From assembly GCA_039589315.1 (NCBI GenBank), contig JBDHHQ010000117.1:1-16019 (forward strand): a stretch of 16,019 nucleotides of DNA, given 5' to 3'. Each line of letters opens with the position of its first letter. Position 1 is the stretch's first letter. Positions 7,413-16,019 of the stretch are shown here, piece by piece. A program made the translations under genes and the position numbers. Origin of the DNA: Gemmatimonadota bacterium (lineage in GTDB: Bacteria; Gemmatimonadota; Gemmatimonadetes; Longimicrobiales; Gaopeijiaceae). The notes under the pieces were generated by a model. It had not been told where the DNA came from, ran no database searches, and was given only the letters and a program-made list of their open reading frames with translations.

Positions 7413-8573
7413 TCACCGCAGGTCGAAGCGCTTCGGGAAGTGTTTCGCTTCGATCTTGCTCATGCCGTCGATCTCTGCCAACTCGTTGAGCAGGGGCATG
7501 TTGTCGGGCTCGTCCATCTCGGTGAGAGACTCGAGGGTTTCCTTGTCGATCCCGGGCTTGAGGCCGTCTACGGACTCCCGGGTCAGAGAGAGGTCGTAGC
7601 GCTGGTAGGTGAAGCTCGCACCGCCGCCGACGTGGTCGTCGCGCAAGTTCCCGATCTCGCGATCGATGACGCGATGCGTGTCCCCCTCGGACAGCCATTG
7701 GACGAGCGTCTCCACGAGGGCACCGGAGTCGTCCATGAGCGAAAGGAGCGACTGCATCGCCCCTTTGGCCGTGATCCATGTGGGCTCCTTGCCTGGGTGT
7801 CCGCGGCCGGTCCCGATGGACACGACCAGGAGCTTGTCGGGACCAGTGTCCCATCCGACATGGGACCCCTTCAATGTCGCGTACATGAACGCTTGGAGGG
7901 TGGGGTTGTTGAAAGGGCTCACGCCGCCGTCGACGAACTCGCCCTTCACGGTCTTGAAGCCCTTCTGCTGCTTGATGGTGATCTTCTCGGGGTCGAAGAA
8001 GCTGGGGGCCGCCGTGGAGGCGCGCACGACCTTCCACAGCGGGTAGTCCTTGTTGGAGATCCAGTCGTCGCCTCTGCCGGCCTGGTAGTACGCTCCCCTG
8101 GGATTGTTGCCCAACGGCCAGGGGCTCCCCGTATCCATTCGCTTGGTCATGACCAGCAGGCCGGTCTTGAGCTCCTGACCACCGAGCGTCGTGTCCTTCC
8201 CGAAAACGGCGCGCAGGTGCTCCGTGAGTCGTTCGTGGCTGTACCGGGCGCGAAGGATGCCCTTCCTCCAACGACTCCTGCGGAAGACCTCCCGACCGAG
8301 CCGCAGGTATATCTCGGTGAGCTCGTCGACCGACATCCCCAGCGCGCTCGCAGCGGCGATGATGGATCCCGTGGAGGTACCGGCGATGAGATCGAAGTAG
8401 TGACACAGCCGGAAGTCGTCTCCACCGCCATGACGGCGCCGGAGCAGATCCTCGATCCGTTTGAGGTATCCCAGGGTGACGATTCCACGGAGCCCTCCAC
8501 CGTCGAGGGCGAGAATCCGTTTGGGCCCTGGTGTCTGGAAGTGCTGATTCCGCGTGAGCTTCTTGTAGGGCAT
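7413..8573 (-). CDS. Patatin-like phospholipase (CapV-like/patatin group)
   Basis: RILALDGGGLRG oxyanion loop, nucleophile GTSTG, ASTAAP and catalytic DGG. Start set at ATG 8573 (MPYKK) with GGAGA RBS, rather than 8768. Confidence 0.9.
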   Translation of the reverse strand: MPYKKLTRNQHFQTPGPKRILALDGGGLRGIVTLGYLKRIEDLLRRRHGGGDDFRLCHYFDLIAGTSTGSIIAAASALGMSVDELTEIYLRLGREVFRRSRWRKGILRARYSHERLTEHLRAVFGKDTTLGGQELKTGLLVMTKRMDTGSPWPLGNNPRGAYYQAGRGDDWISNKDYPLWKVVRASTAAPSFFDPEKITIKQQKGFKTVKGEFVDGGVSPFNNPTLQAFMYATLKGSHVGWDTGPDKLLVVSIGTGRGHPGKEPTWITAKGAMQSLLSLMDDSGALVETLVQWLSEGDTHRVIDREIGNLRDDHVGGGASFTYQRYDLSLTRESVDGLKPGIDKETLESLTEMDEPDNMPLLNELAEIDGMSKIEAKHFPKRFDLR

Positions 8574-8869
8574 GGGGTCTCCGGTCAGCGCGTACGGTCG
8601 GTCGGGGGCGGCTGGGGCGACTGGGTGTCCTCGAGGTGCGGACGTACCCAGCCCCCGGCACCGTGTGCGGGGTCCTTGTTCAGGGCTCGGGTTTACCGTT
8701 GTCGCGGGTCGCCATGTGCGAAGGGGGGACGTCAATGATCCGGAGCAGGAGCCGGTCGGGTCAAGCAAACTCTTGTTTCTGGATGCAGCTCCGGGTCCTT
8801 CGCGGCCATGGACTCGGGCACCCGCAACAGATGGGCACCGGATTCACGACCGAGAGCCGGACCCGAGCC

Positions 8870-9976
8870 TCACTCTCCCCAGACCGCCTCGAAGACCCGT
8901 AGGTAATTCCCGCCCAGGAACTTCAGGATCACCTCGTCGGAGTGGCCCCGGGCGGCGAGGGCCTCGGTGAGGCGGGGCACCTCGCTGATGTCCTCGAGGC
9001 CCGCCGGGGCGAGCTCCAGCCCGTAATGGTCGCTCCCGAGCCCGACGTGGTCGGGCCCCATCACGTCGAGGGCGGTCTCGATATCGCGGACCACGCTGTC
9101 CAGATCTCGGTGGGCGACGTGGATGAGACCGACGACGCCCCCGTTCCCGGCGATCGCCTCGAGTGTCTTCCGGTCTCGGGGCAGCTCCAGGCGGGGACGG
9201 GGGAGCTTCCCTCCCACCAGGTCCTGGGCGTCGGGAGCGGTGTCGGGGAACATGGTGGGTGTCGTGTGGGAGAGGATGACAGGCCGCTCGGCGAGCTCGA
9301 GGATCTCCCAGAATCCGACCTCGCCGATGTGCACCAGGTCGATCACGATCCGGAGCCGGTCCAGGCGCTCCACCACCTGCCTGCCCAACGGCGTCAGGCC
9401 ACCCTGCCGGTCCGCCGCCCAACAGCCGTCGGCGAAGAGGTTGCGCCGTGTGTGTGTGAGGCTCGCGGACCGGAGTCCCAGCGCGTGGTAGAGATCGAGG
9501 AAGCGTGGGTCCGTTCCCAGGGCGTCGCACCCCTCGAACGTGAGCACCAGGGCGACCTTGCCGTCTTCCTTGGCCCGGCGGATGTCGCGGACCGTGGTGG
9601 CGAGCATCAGATCATCGTGCCGTGTGATCTGGTCGTGGAAGTTCCACACCATCTCCATGCCGCGCCGGAAGGGATCCCTGAGCCAGTCGTCGTCGAGGTA
9701 GACCGCGCACAGTTGAGCGGTGACTCCCCCCTCCCTCCAGCGGGGCAGGTCGTACTGCCCCATGCAGCCGAACCAGGCGGTGTGGGGACCCATGCCGAAC
9801 TTCACGATCGGGTGGCGCTCGAGGCCTGGAGGCCCCTGCCAGTCGAGCCCTGGGACCTCGACCCGCTCGCCCAGAGACATCTTGCCCTCGGTCACCGGGA
9901 TCAGGATGTCACTGTGGCCGTCGACGACGATGGCGCGGTGGTGTAACGCTCGGGCGCGAGCGCCGATGCCGGTCAC
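8870..9976 (-). CDS. Membrane dipeptidase (peptidase M19)-like amidohydrolase
   Basis: DGHSD, LTFEG, SLTH..RN, GGLT..G, IDLVH, SHT and HVGLGSD motifs, C-terminal GGNYLRV. Start at GTG 9976 overlapping the coxE stop (GTGA). Confidence 0.85.
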   Translation of the reverse strand: MTGIGARARALHHRAIVVDGHSDILIPVTEGKMSLGERVEVPGLDWQGPPGLERHPIVKFGMGPHTAWFGCMGQYDLPRWREGGVTAQLCAVYLDDDWLRDPFRRGMEMVWNFHDQITRHDDLMLATTVRDIRRAKEDGKVALVLTFEGCDALGTDPRFLDLYHALGLRSASLTHTRRNLFADGCWAADRQGGLTPLGRQVVERLDRLRIVIDLVHIGEVGFWEILELAERPVILSHTTPTMFPDTAPDAQDLVGGKLPRPRLELPRDRKTLEAIAGNGGVVGLIHVAHRDLDSVVRDIETALDVMGPDHVGLGSDHYGLELAPAGLEDISEVPRLTEALAARGHSDEVILKFLGGNYLRVFEAVWGE

Positions 9977-11178
9977 GGATGGAGCCCCACGGCGGAGCGG
10001 TGGGACCAACCCGTCGCCAGCGCGTCGGCGAGCGCCTCCAGGCTCTCGAGATTGTGGACCGGCCGGTGATCGTCCACGTGGGGGAGGAGCGCCCGGATGC
10101 CGCCGGCCAGCGGCTCGAAGCCCTCGTAGCGGAGTAACGGGTTGAGCCACACCAGGCGACGGCAGGACCCACGAAGGCGCTCCGCCTCACGGCCGACCTC
10201 GGCGCCACCTTCTCGGTCCAATCCGTCCGTGATGAGCAGGACGTTGGCTCCCTGGCCCAGGACGCGTCTGGACCAGTCCCGATTGAAGGCCCGGAGGCAG
10301 GCCCCGATCCGGGTACCGCCCGACCAGTCCTGACACGCCTTCCCGACACGGTCGAGAGCCAGGTCCACGTCCCGATGGCGGAGGGCCCGTGTGACGTTGG
10401 TGAGACGAGTGCCGAAGAGGAACGTGTGAACCCGGTCCCTGGCGTTGGTCAGCGCGTGGATGAAGTGCAGCAGCATGCGGGCATACCGGTCCATGGAGCC
10501 CGAGACGTCACAGAGCACAACCAGGGGCGGAGGTCGGAGGACGGGTGAGCGCCACCGAAGCGGGATCAGCGCCGATCCGGAGCGGAGGCCGGTCCGCAGC
10601 GTGGACCGCATGTCCACCCGCGCCCCCGTGGGATCAGGCCGGAAACGACGGGTGGGCCTGGGACGGATGGCGAGAGCCATGCGTGCCATCGCGGCCCGCG
10701 CCGCGTCCATCTCCTGCCGTGACATCTCCTCGAAGTCCCGGGTGCGTAGGCTCTCCTGGTCCGACCAGGTCATGACCAGGTCCACGCGCTCAGCGGCTCG
10801 ACGCGGTGCTGATCGGGGCCGCTGCCCGGCAGCTTCGGCCAGTCGGCGCGAGACGGGTCGCGCACGAGGCCTGCGGAGCTCCTCCACGGTGGGAAGCAGA
10901 TCTGCCAGGGGGGCGGGTGCCGCCAATGGGTCACGCCAGAAGATCTGGAAGGCCTGACGAAAGAGCTCCCGGTCCTCGGGTCGACTGACCAGGACCGCGT
11001 GGAGCGCCCAGAACATGTCGGTGCGTCGCTCCACGCCTACGGCCTCGACCGCGCCTACCGCGTCCAAGGTCCGGCCGGTGCCGACGGTGAAGCCCGCGGC
11101 CCGGAGCAGGCGGACGAAGTGCATGATATTGGCGGCGAGCACCTCCGCTCCACCGCCGGGCACCTCGACGCTATTCAC
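9973..11178 (-). CDS. coxE: CoxE-like VWA domain protein
   Basis: MIDAS DVSGSM, FLFGTRL, WSGGTRIG, ITDG, VWLNPL; follows the MoxR ATPase with a GTGA overlap. Confidence 0.9.
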   Translation of the reverse strand: MNSVEVPGGGAEVLAANIMHFVRLLRAAGFTVGTGRTLDAVGAVEAVGVERRTDMFWALHAVLVSRPEDRELFRQAFQIFWRDPLAAPAPLADLLPTVEELRRPRARPVSRRLAEAAGQRPRSAPRRAAERVDLVMTWSDQESLRTRDFEEMSRQEMDAARAAMARMALAIRPRPTRRFRPDPTGARVDMRSTLRTGLRSGSALIPLRWRSPVLRPPPLVVLCDVSGSMDRYARMLLHFIHALTNARDRVHTFLFGTRLTNVTRALRHRDVDLALDRVGKACQDWSGGTRIGACLRAFNRDWSRRVLGQGANVLLITDGLDREGGAEVGREAERLRGSCRRLVWLNPLLRYEGFEPLAGGIRALLPHVDDHRPVHNLESLEALADALATGWSHRSAVGLHP

Positions 11179-12140
11179 GCCCCCGGCGCGGCGGCCAGCT
11201 CACGCTCCACGTCCCGGAGCGTCTGCGCCGCTTCGTCACCTCGAAGTCGCTCCACGTCGTCCTGGTACTTCAGCAGCACACCCAGCGTGTCGTTCACCAC
11301 GTCGGGATCCAACTCCACCTGATCCAGAGCCAACAGCGCACGGGCCCAGTCGATGGACTCCGCTACGCCGGGCACTTTGAACAGGTCGGCGTCCCGTAGG
11401 CGCTGTACGAATGCGACCACCTGCCGCGAAAGGCGCTCTGGCGCCCCCGGTACCTTGACCTGAAGGATCTCCAGCTCCCGGGCCGCATCCGGGTAGTCGA
11501 TCCACTGGTAGATGCAGCGGCGCTTCAGCGCGTCATGCACCTCCCGGGTGCGGTTGGAGGTGATGACCACCAGGGGAGGATGCTCGGCCCGGATCGTGCC
11601 GACCTCGGGCACGGTGACCTGGAAGTCGGACAGCACCTCGAGCAGGAACGCCTCGAAGGGCTCATCGGTCCGATCGAGCTCGTCGATCAGCAGCACGGGC
11701 GGACCCTCGATGTGGGGCTCCAGCGCCTCCAGGAGAGGGCGGCGGATGAGGAAGTGCTCGCTGAAGATGTCCGCCGAAAGACGATCCCGGTCCATGCCTT
11801 CCGTGGCCTCGACGATGCGGATCTCGAGCATCTGGCGGGCGTAGTTCCACTCATAGACGGCCGACGCCAGATCCAGCCCTTCGTAGCACTGGAGACGGAT
11901 CAGCCGTCGCCCCAGCGCTCCTGCCAGGGTCTTGGCCAGCTCCGTCTTGCCCACGCCCGCCTCACCCTCGAGGAAGAGGGGGCGCTCCAGGGTGAGCGAC
12001 AGGAAGAGAGAAGTGGCGAGGCCCCGGTCGGTGACGTATCCGCCCGACGCAAGAAGCGCCAGGGCCGGGGACGGGACGGGGTGGGTCTCGGCCGGCCGGC
12101 CTCTCTCCGTGCGAGGAGTCGGACGGGCCCGCTCCCGCAC
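11175..12140 (-). CDS. coxD: CoxD-like MoxR AAA+ ATPase
   Basis: Walker [16 protein letters not shown], Walker B LLIDELD, TSNRTRE, DALKRRC. Start position uncertain. Confidence 0.9.
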   Translation of the reverse strand: MRERARPTPRTERGRPAETHPVPSPALALLASGGYVTDRGLATSLFLSLTLERPLFLEGEAGVGKTELAKTLAGALGRRLIRLQCYEGLDLASAVYEWNYARQMLEIRIVEATEGMDRDRLSADIFSEHFLIRRPLLEALEPHIEGPPVLLIDELDRTDEPFEAFLLEVLSDFQVTVPEVGTIRAEHPPLVVITSNRTREVHDALKRRCIYQWIDYPDAARELEILQVKVPGAPERLSRQVVAFVQRLRDADLFKVPGVAESIDWARALLALDQVELDPDVVNDTLGVLLKYQDDVERLRGDEAAQTLRDVERELAAAPGA

Positions 12141-13020
12141 CCATGGAATCGCTCACCTTCCGGTACCTGGAACGAGGCGGTCGCCGGGCCGCCGCGGGGC
12201 TTCTGGGCTCCCGCGTTCGGCGGGGTGGACCCGGTGGCGCTGCCCGGGTCCGATCAGCCGCATCCCGCCACGGCCCGGCGAATTCGGCGGACGCGTCCAG
12301 GTCCGCCATGAGATCCGCCGCGTCCACGCCGGTCGTCGTTATGGCCTCCGGGGCGAATGTGCCGGCCAACGCCTGCTCCACCTCGCTCGCACGGAAGACG
12401 CCGGTGGCCGCTCCTGTGACGGCCACGCGCACGCCGTCACCGGTCCGGGCGACGAAGACGCCCACGATGGCGTACCGTGAGGCCGGATTCGGGAACTTGG
12501 CGTAGCACGCCGCAGCCGGAACGGGGAAGCGGACCGCGGTGATCACCTCATCGGCCTCCAGGGTCGTGTCGAACATGTGGCCGAAGAAGTCGTCCGCGGC
12601 GATCTCCCGTCGATCCGTCAAGACCGTCGCCCCCAGTCCCACCAGCGCTGCCGGGTAGTCGGCCGCGGGATCGTTGTGGGCGACGGCGCCTCCCAGCGTC
12701 CCCCGGTTCCGCACCTGGGGATCGCCGATCCCTTCCGCAAGGTCGGCCAGGGCGGGGATGGCCTCCCGCACCACCGGGGACTCGGCGACGGCCCCGTGCG
12801 TGGCCATGGCCCCGATCACGACGGAGTCGCCCTCACGTGAAACCCCGTCGAGTCCTTCTATCCCCGACAGGGACACCACGTCGCTGGGCGCCGCCAGCTC
12901 CAGTTTCATGACCGGCAGAAGGCTCTGGCCCCCCGCCAGGAACTTCCCGTCCGAGGCGGCGGTCATGGCCGCGATGGCCTCCTCGACGGAGCCCGGTCGG
13001 TGGAATTGGAAATCTCGCAT
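11962..13020 (-). CDS. coxM: CoxM/CutM-like FAD-binding subunit, apparently frameshifted near residue 247
   Basis: [35 protein letters not shown] motifs. Homology stops at ~12280; the native-looking tail [12 protein letters not shown] (12280-12254) is in another frame, and as sequenced the ORF runs on into coxD. Confidence 0.85.
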   Translation of the reverse strand: MRDFQFHRPGSVEEAIAAMTAASDGKFLAGGQSLLPVMKLELAAPSDVVSLSGIEGLDGVSREGDSVVIGAMATHGAVAESPVVREAIPALADLAEGIGDPQVRNRGTLGGAVAHNDPAADYPAALVGLGATVLTDRREIAADDFFGHMFDTTLEADEVITAVRFPVPAAACYAKFPNPASRYAIVGVFVARTGDGVRVAVTGAATGVFRASEVEQALAGTFAPEAITTTGVDAADLMADLDASAEFAGPWRDAADRTRAAPPGPPRRTREPRSPAAARRPPRSRYRKVSDSMGAGAGPSDSSHGERPAGRDPPRPVPGPGASCVGRIRHRPGPRHFSLPVAHPGAPPLPRG

Positions 13021-13032
13021 GGTTCGTCTCCG

Positions 13033-15390
13033 TCAAGCCTGTGCGTCCCGGATCGCCCGCCACACCCGCTCGGGCGTGGCCGGCATGTCGATGTGCCGCA
13101 CGCCGTACTCGGACAGCGCGTCCACGATGGCGTTGATCACCGCCGGTGGCACGCCGATGGATCCCACCTCGCCCACGCCCTTCACCCCCAGCGGATTGTG
13201 GGTGCAGTCCGTGTTGTGCATGCCCAGCGTGAAGAAGGGCAGGTTGTCGGCCCGGGGCATGGCATAGTCGAGGTAGGAGCCGGTAAGCAGCTGCCCGTAC
13301 TCGTCATACTGACCGTGCTCGAGGAGCGCCTGGCCGATGCCGTGTGCCAGGCCTCCGTGCAATTGACCGTCGACGATCATGGGGTTGATCACCCGGCCTA
13401 CGTCGTCAGCGCACGCGACGCGCACCAGCTCGACGTGCCCCGTCTCGGGATCGATCTCTACCTCCACGGCGTGGGTTCCTGCCGGGTAGGTGAAGTTCTT
13501 CGGATCGTAGAACGCGGTCTCGTCCAGGCCCGGCTCGAGGTCCTCCGGGTAGTCGTGGGGGACGTACGCGGCGAGGGCCACCTCGCCGAAGGACTTGGAC
13601 CGGTCGGTGCCGGCCACGGTGAACGCCCCGTCCTCGAACACGACGTCGTCGGCCGAAGCCTCGAGGAGATGGGCCGCGATCTTCTTGCCCTTCTCGATCA
13701 CCTTGTTCAGGGCGAGGACGATGGCCGATCCACCCACCGCGATGGAACGGGAGCCGTAGGTTCCCATGCCGAACGACGACTTGGCGCTGTCGCCGTGGAC
13801 GACGTCGATTTGGTCGGCGTCGATGCCCAGGTACTCCGAGGCGACCTGGGCGAAGGTCGTCTCGTGCCCCTGTCCGTGACTGTGCGAGCCGGTGAAGACC
13901 GTCACGCTCCCGGTAGGATGAACGCGGATCTGCCCGGATTCGTAGAGAGCAGCCCTCGCGCCCAGGGACCCTACGACCGCGGAAGGGGCGATGCCGCACG
14001 CCTCCAGGAAGGTGGAGACGCCGAAGCCGCGGAGCTTGCCCCGCGCCTTGGCCTCGGCGCGGCGCTCCTCGAACGTGCTGTGCTCCGCGAGGTCGAGCGC
14101 CATGTCCAGGGTCGCGTCGTAGTCGCCGGTGTCGTATTGGAGGGCCACCGGCGTCTGGTAGGGGAACTCCCGGATGAAGTTCTTCCTCCGGATCTCCACC
14201 GGATCCATGCCCAGTTCCCGTGCAGCCGTATCGACCAGCCGCTCGATCATGAACGAGGCCTCGGGGCGCCCCGCACCGCGGAGCGCGTCCAAGGGCGCGG
14301 TGTTCGTGAAGATCGCCTGGACGTCGCCGTAGACGGCGGGGGTCGCGTACGGACCTGCGAACAGAGTGCCGTAGAGGTACGTAGGCACCGCCGTCGAGAA
14401 GGTGGACAGATAGGCTCCCAGGTTCGCCTTGGTGTTCACCCGCATGCCCAGGAAGGTGCCTTCGGTGTCCAGAGCCAGCTCGATGTGCGTGATGTGGTCG
14501 CGACCGTGGGTGTCCGTCAGGAACGATTCGGAGCGCTCTGCCGTCCACTTGACCGGCCGACCGAGCCGCTTCGAGGCCCATGTTACGATGACCTCTTCCG
14601 GGTAGTGGGGGATCTTCGAGCCGAACCCACCCCCTACGTCGGGGGCTACCACCCGGAGCTGGTGCTCGGGAATCCCCATCACGAACGCTCCCAGGAGGAG
14701 GCGGATGAGGTGTGGGTTCTGGCTGGTCGTGTATAGCGTGTAGTCGCCGCTCGCCGCGTCGTACTCCGCCAACGCCGCCCTGGGCTCTATGGCGTTGGGA
14801 ATGAGCCGCTGGTTCCTGACATCCAGGGAGACGACGTGATCCGCCGCTTCGAATGCCGCGTCGGTGGCTGCCCTGTCGCCGATCTCCCAGTCGAAGCAGA
14901 CGTTGCCCTCTGCCTCGGACCAGACGAGCGGTGCCCCTGGGGCGAGTGCCTGCTCGAGCGTTCCCAGTGGGGGCAGCTCCTCGTAGTCCGCCGCCACGAG
15001 GTGGGCAGCGGCCTGGGCCTGCTCGCGGGTTTCGGCGAGCACCACCGCTACCGCGTCACCCACATAGCGCACGGCGTCGGCAGCGATCGGCGCGTGGGGC
15101 GGCTCGACCATGCTGGAGCCGTCCTTGTTGGTGATCAGCCACCCACAGGGGAGGCTGCCGAACCCCTCCTCGGCCATGTCCTGGCCCGTGAGCACCGCCA
15201 CCACGCCGGGCGTGGCGAGGGCCGCGCTGGTGTCGATGCCGCGGATGCGGGCGTGAGCCACGTTGGAGCGTACGATGTGGGCATGAAGCTGCCCTGGCCG
15301 GTTGATGTCGTCCGTGTACCGACCCTTCCCGGTGAGAAAGCGGTCGTCTTCCTTGCGCTTGAGGGCAGCGCCGATTCCCGTGCTGGCCAT
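13033..15390 (-). CDS. coxL: Molybdopterin-binding large subunit, form II CoxL / xanthine dehydrogenase family
   Basis: [25 protein letters not shown] loop, GQGHET, GSRS, GVKGVGE, DMPATPE; start at ATG 15390 (MASTGIG), 2 bp after the coxS stop. Confidence 0.9.
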   Translation of the reverse strand: MASTGIGAALKRKEDDRFLTGKGRYTDDINRPGQLHAHIVRSNVAHARIRGIDTSAALATPGVVAVLTGQDMAEEGFGSLPCGWLITNKDGSSMVEPPHAPIAADAVRYVGDAVAVVLAETREQAQAAAHLVAADYEELPPLGTLEQALAPGAPLVWSEAEGNVCFDWEIGDRAATDAAFEAADHVVSLDVRNQRLIPNAIEPRAALAEYDAASGDYTLYTTSQNPHLIRLLLGAFVMGIPEHQLRVVAPDVGGGFGSKIPHYPEEVIVTWASKRLGRPVKWTAERSESFLTDTHGRDHITHIELALDTEGTFLGMRVNTKANLGAYLSTFSTAVPTYLYGTLFAGPYATPAVYGDVQAIFTNTAPLDALRGAGRPEASFMIERLVDTAARELGMDPVEIRRKNFIREFPYQTPVALQYDTGDYDATLDMALDLAEHSTFEERRAEAKARGKLRGFGVSTFLEACGIAPSAVVGSLGARAALYESGQIRVHPTGSVTVFTGSHSHGQGHETTFAQVASEYLGIDADQIDVVHGDSAKSSFGMGTYGSRSIAVGGSAIVLALNKVIEKGKKIAAHLLEASADDVVFEDGAFTVAGTDRSKSFGEVALAAYVPHDYPEDLEPGLDETAFYDPKNFTYPAGTHAVEVEIDPETGHVELVRVACADDVGRVINPMIVDGQLHGGLAHGIGQALLEHGQYDEYGQLLTGSYLDYAMPRADNLPFFTLGMHNTDCTHNPLGVKGVGEVGSIGVPPAVINAIVDALSEYGVRHIDMPATPERVWRAIRDAQA

Positions 15391-15392
15391 CG

Positions 15393-15860
15393 TCAGCCTC
15401 CCATCGCGTTCGCGCCGGCCTGAACGGCCTTCACGATGTTGTGGTAGCCCGTGCAGCGGCAGAGGTTGCCCTCGAGCCACTCCCGCACCTCGTGCTCGGA
15501 CGGGTCGGTGTTGCGGTTGGCCAGATCGATGGCCCCGAGCACGACGCCGGGAGTGCAGAATCCGCACTGAAGCCCGTGGTGCTCCTTGAAGGCGGCCTGC
15601 ATCGGGTGAAGCTCACCGTTCGTGGCCACGCCCTCGATCGTCGTGACCTGGGCGTCCTCGGCTTCGGCTGCCAGCATCGTGCAGCTCTTCACCGACCGCC
15701 CGTCCACGTGCACCACGCAGGCGCCGCACTGGCTCGTATCGCAGCCCACGTGGGTGCCCGTGAGTCCCAGGGCGTCGCGCAGGTAGTGGACCAGCAGAGT
15801 CCGGCCCTCGACCTCAGCCGACCGCTCGGTCCCGTTCACGGTCATGGAGATGACTGGCAT
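15393..15860 (-). CDS. coxS: CoxS-like 2x[2Fe-2S] small subunit
   Basis: [13 protein letters not shown] and [16 protein letters not shown] motifs; AGGAGG RBS at 15868-15873. Confidence 0.93.
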   Translation of the reverse strand: MPVISMTVNGTERSAEVEGRTLLVHYLRDALGLTGTHVGCDTSQCGACVVHVDGRSVKSCTMLAAEAEDAQVTTIEGVATNGELHPMQAAFKEHHGLQCGFCTPGVVLGAIDLANRNTDPSEHEVREWLEGNLCRCTGYHNIVKAVQAGANAMGG

Positions 15861-15949
15861 CGCTTTGCCTCCTGACGTCCGTCTGATGACCCGATGCCCC
15901 GTGCGCCAGGGGGTGGCGACGAGGTGGCTCGCGTTTCGCGGGGAAGGAC

Positions 15950-15978
15950 AGAGTGAGGAGGGAAGGGGGCCCGGTCAA
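15950..15978 (-). promoter_or_regulatory. Possible sigma70 promoter for the cox operon
   Basis: Minus strand TTGACC - 17 nt - CACTCT, ending ~90 bp upstream of coxS; the -10 is weak. Confidence 0.3.
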
Positions 15979-16019
15979 GCTGGTGCGGCCCTGGCCCGAC
16001 GGCTCGGCACCAGAATCAC

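Noticed and set aside
7413..8573. Calling the patatin locus CBASS
   Set aside because: No CD-NTase, Cap2/Cap3 or HORMA/TRIP13 gene in the window.
7354..8661. Long alternative-frame minus-strand ORFs (also 211-825, 2804-3805, 13406-14581)
   Set aside because: Arg/Pro/Gly-rich off-frame translations of genuine genes.
8810..8827. GGACTCGGGCACCCGCAA resembles the reverse complement of the tRNA T-arm (GGACTCGAACCCGCAA), a possible att remnant
   Set aside because: Short, gapped and inverted relative to the tRNA, whereas att duplications are direct; compatible with chance.
13000..14736. Long plus-strand ORFs antisense to real genes (also 1658-2710, 2797-3708, 6544-7599, 7440-8738, 8942-9946, 11535-12311)
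   Set aside because: Shadow ORFs expected in high-GC DNA; no recognisable motifs, and they overlap well-supported minus-strand genes.
13033..15390. Calling the operon a true aerobic CO dehydrogenase
   Set aside because: Lacks the form I AYxCSFR motif and has S-L-M gene order.

Overview
High-GC bacterial window in which all supportable protein genes lie on the minus strand. Read in transcription order (right to left): a form II-type cox/xanthine-dehydrogenase-like operon (coxS-coxL-coxM-coxD-coxE) coupled to a divergent M19 dipeptidase-like amidohydrolase; a two-gene candidate defence module (patatin phospholipase plus an NDT/DRHyd-like + TPR-S/DUF4071 protein) abutting the 3' end of a plus-strand tRNA-Leu(TAA); a Fic protein with an AbiEi-like N-terminus whose promoter is overlaid by four direct repeats at an exact 24-bp period; a ScyD/ScyE-family lipoprotein; and a translationally coupled pair of a secreted His-rich YVTN beta-propeller and an internally duplicated diheme c-type cytochrome. 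coxM appears to carry a frameshifting deletion near its 3' end. All family assignments come from motif recognition by eye; no searches were run.
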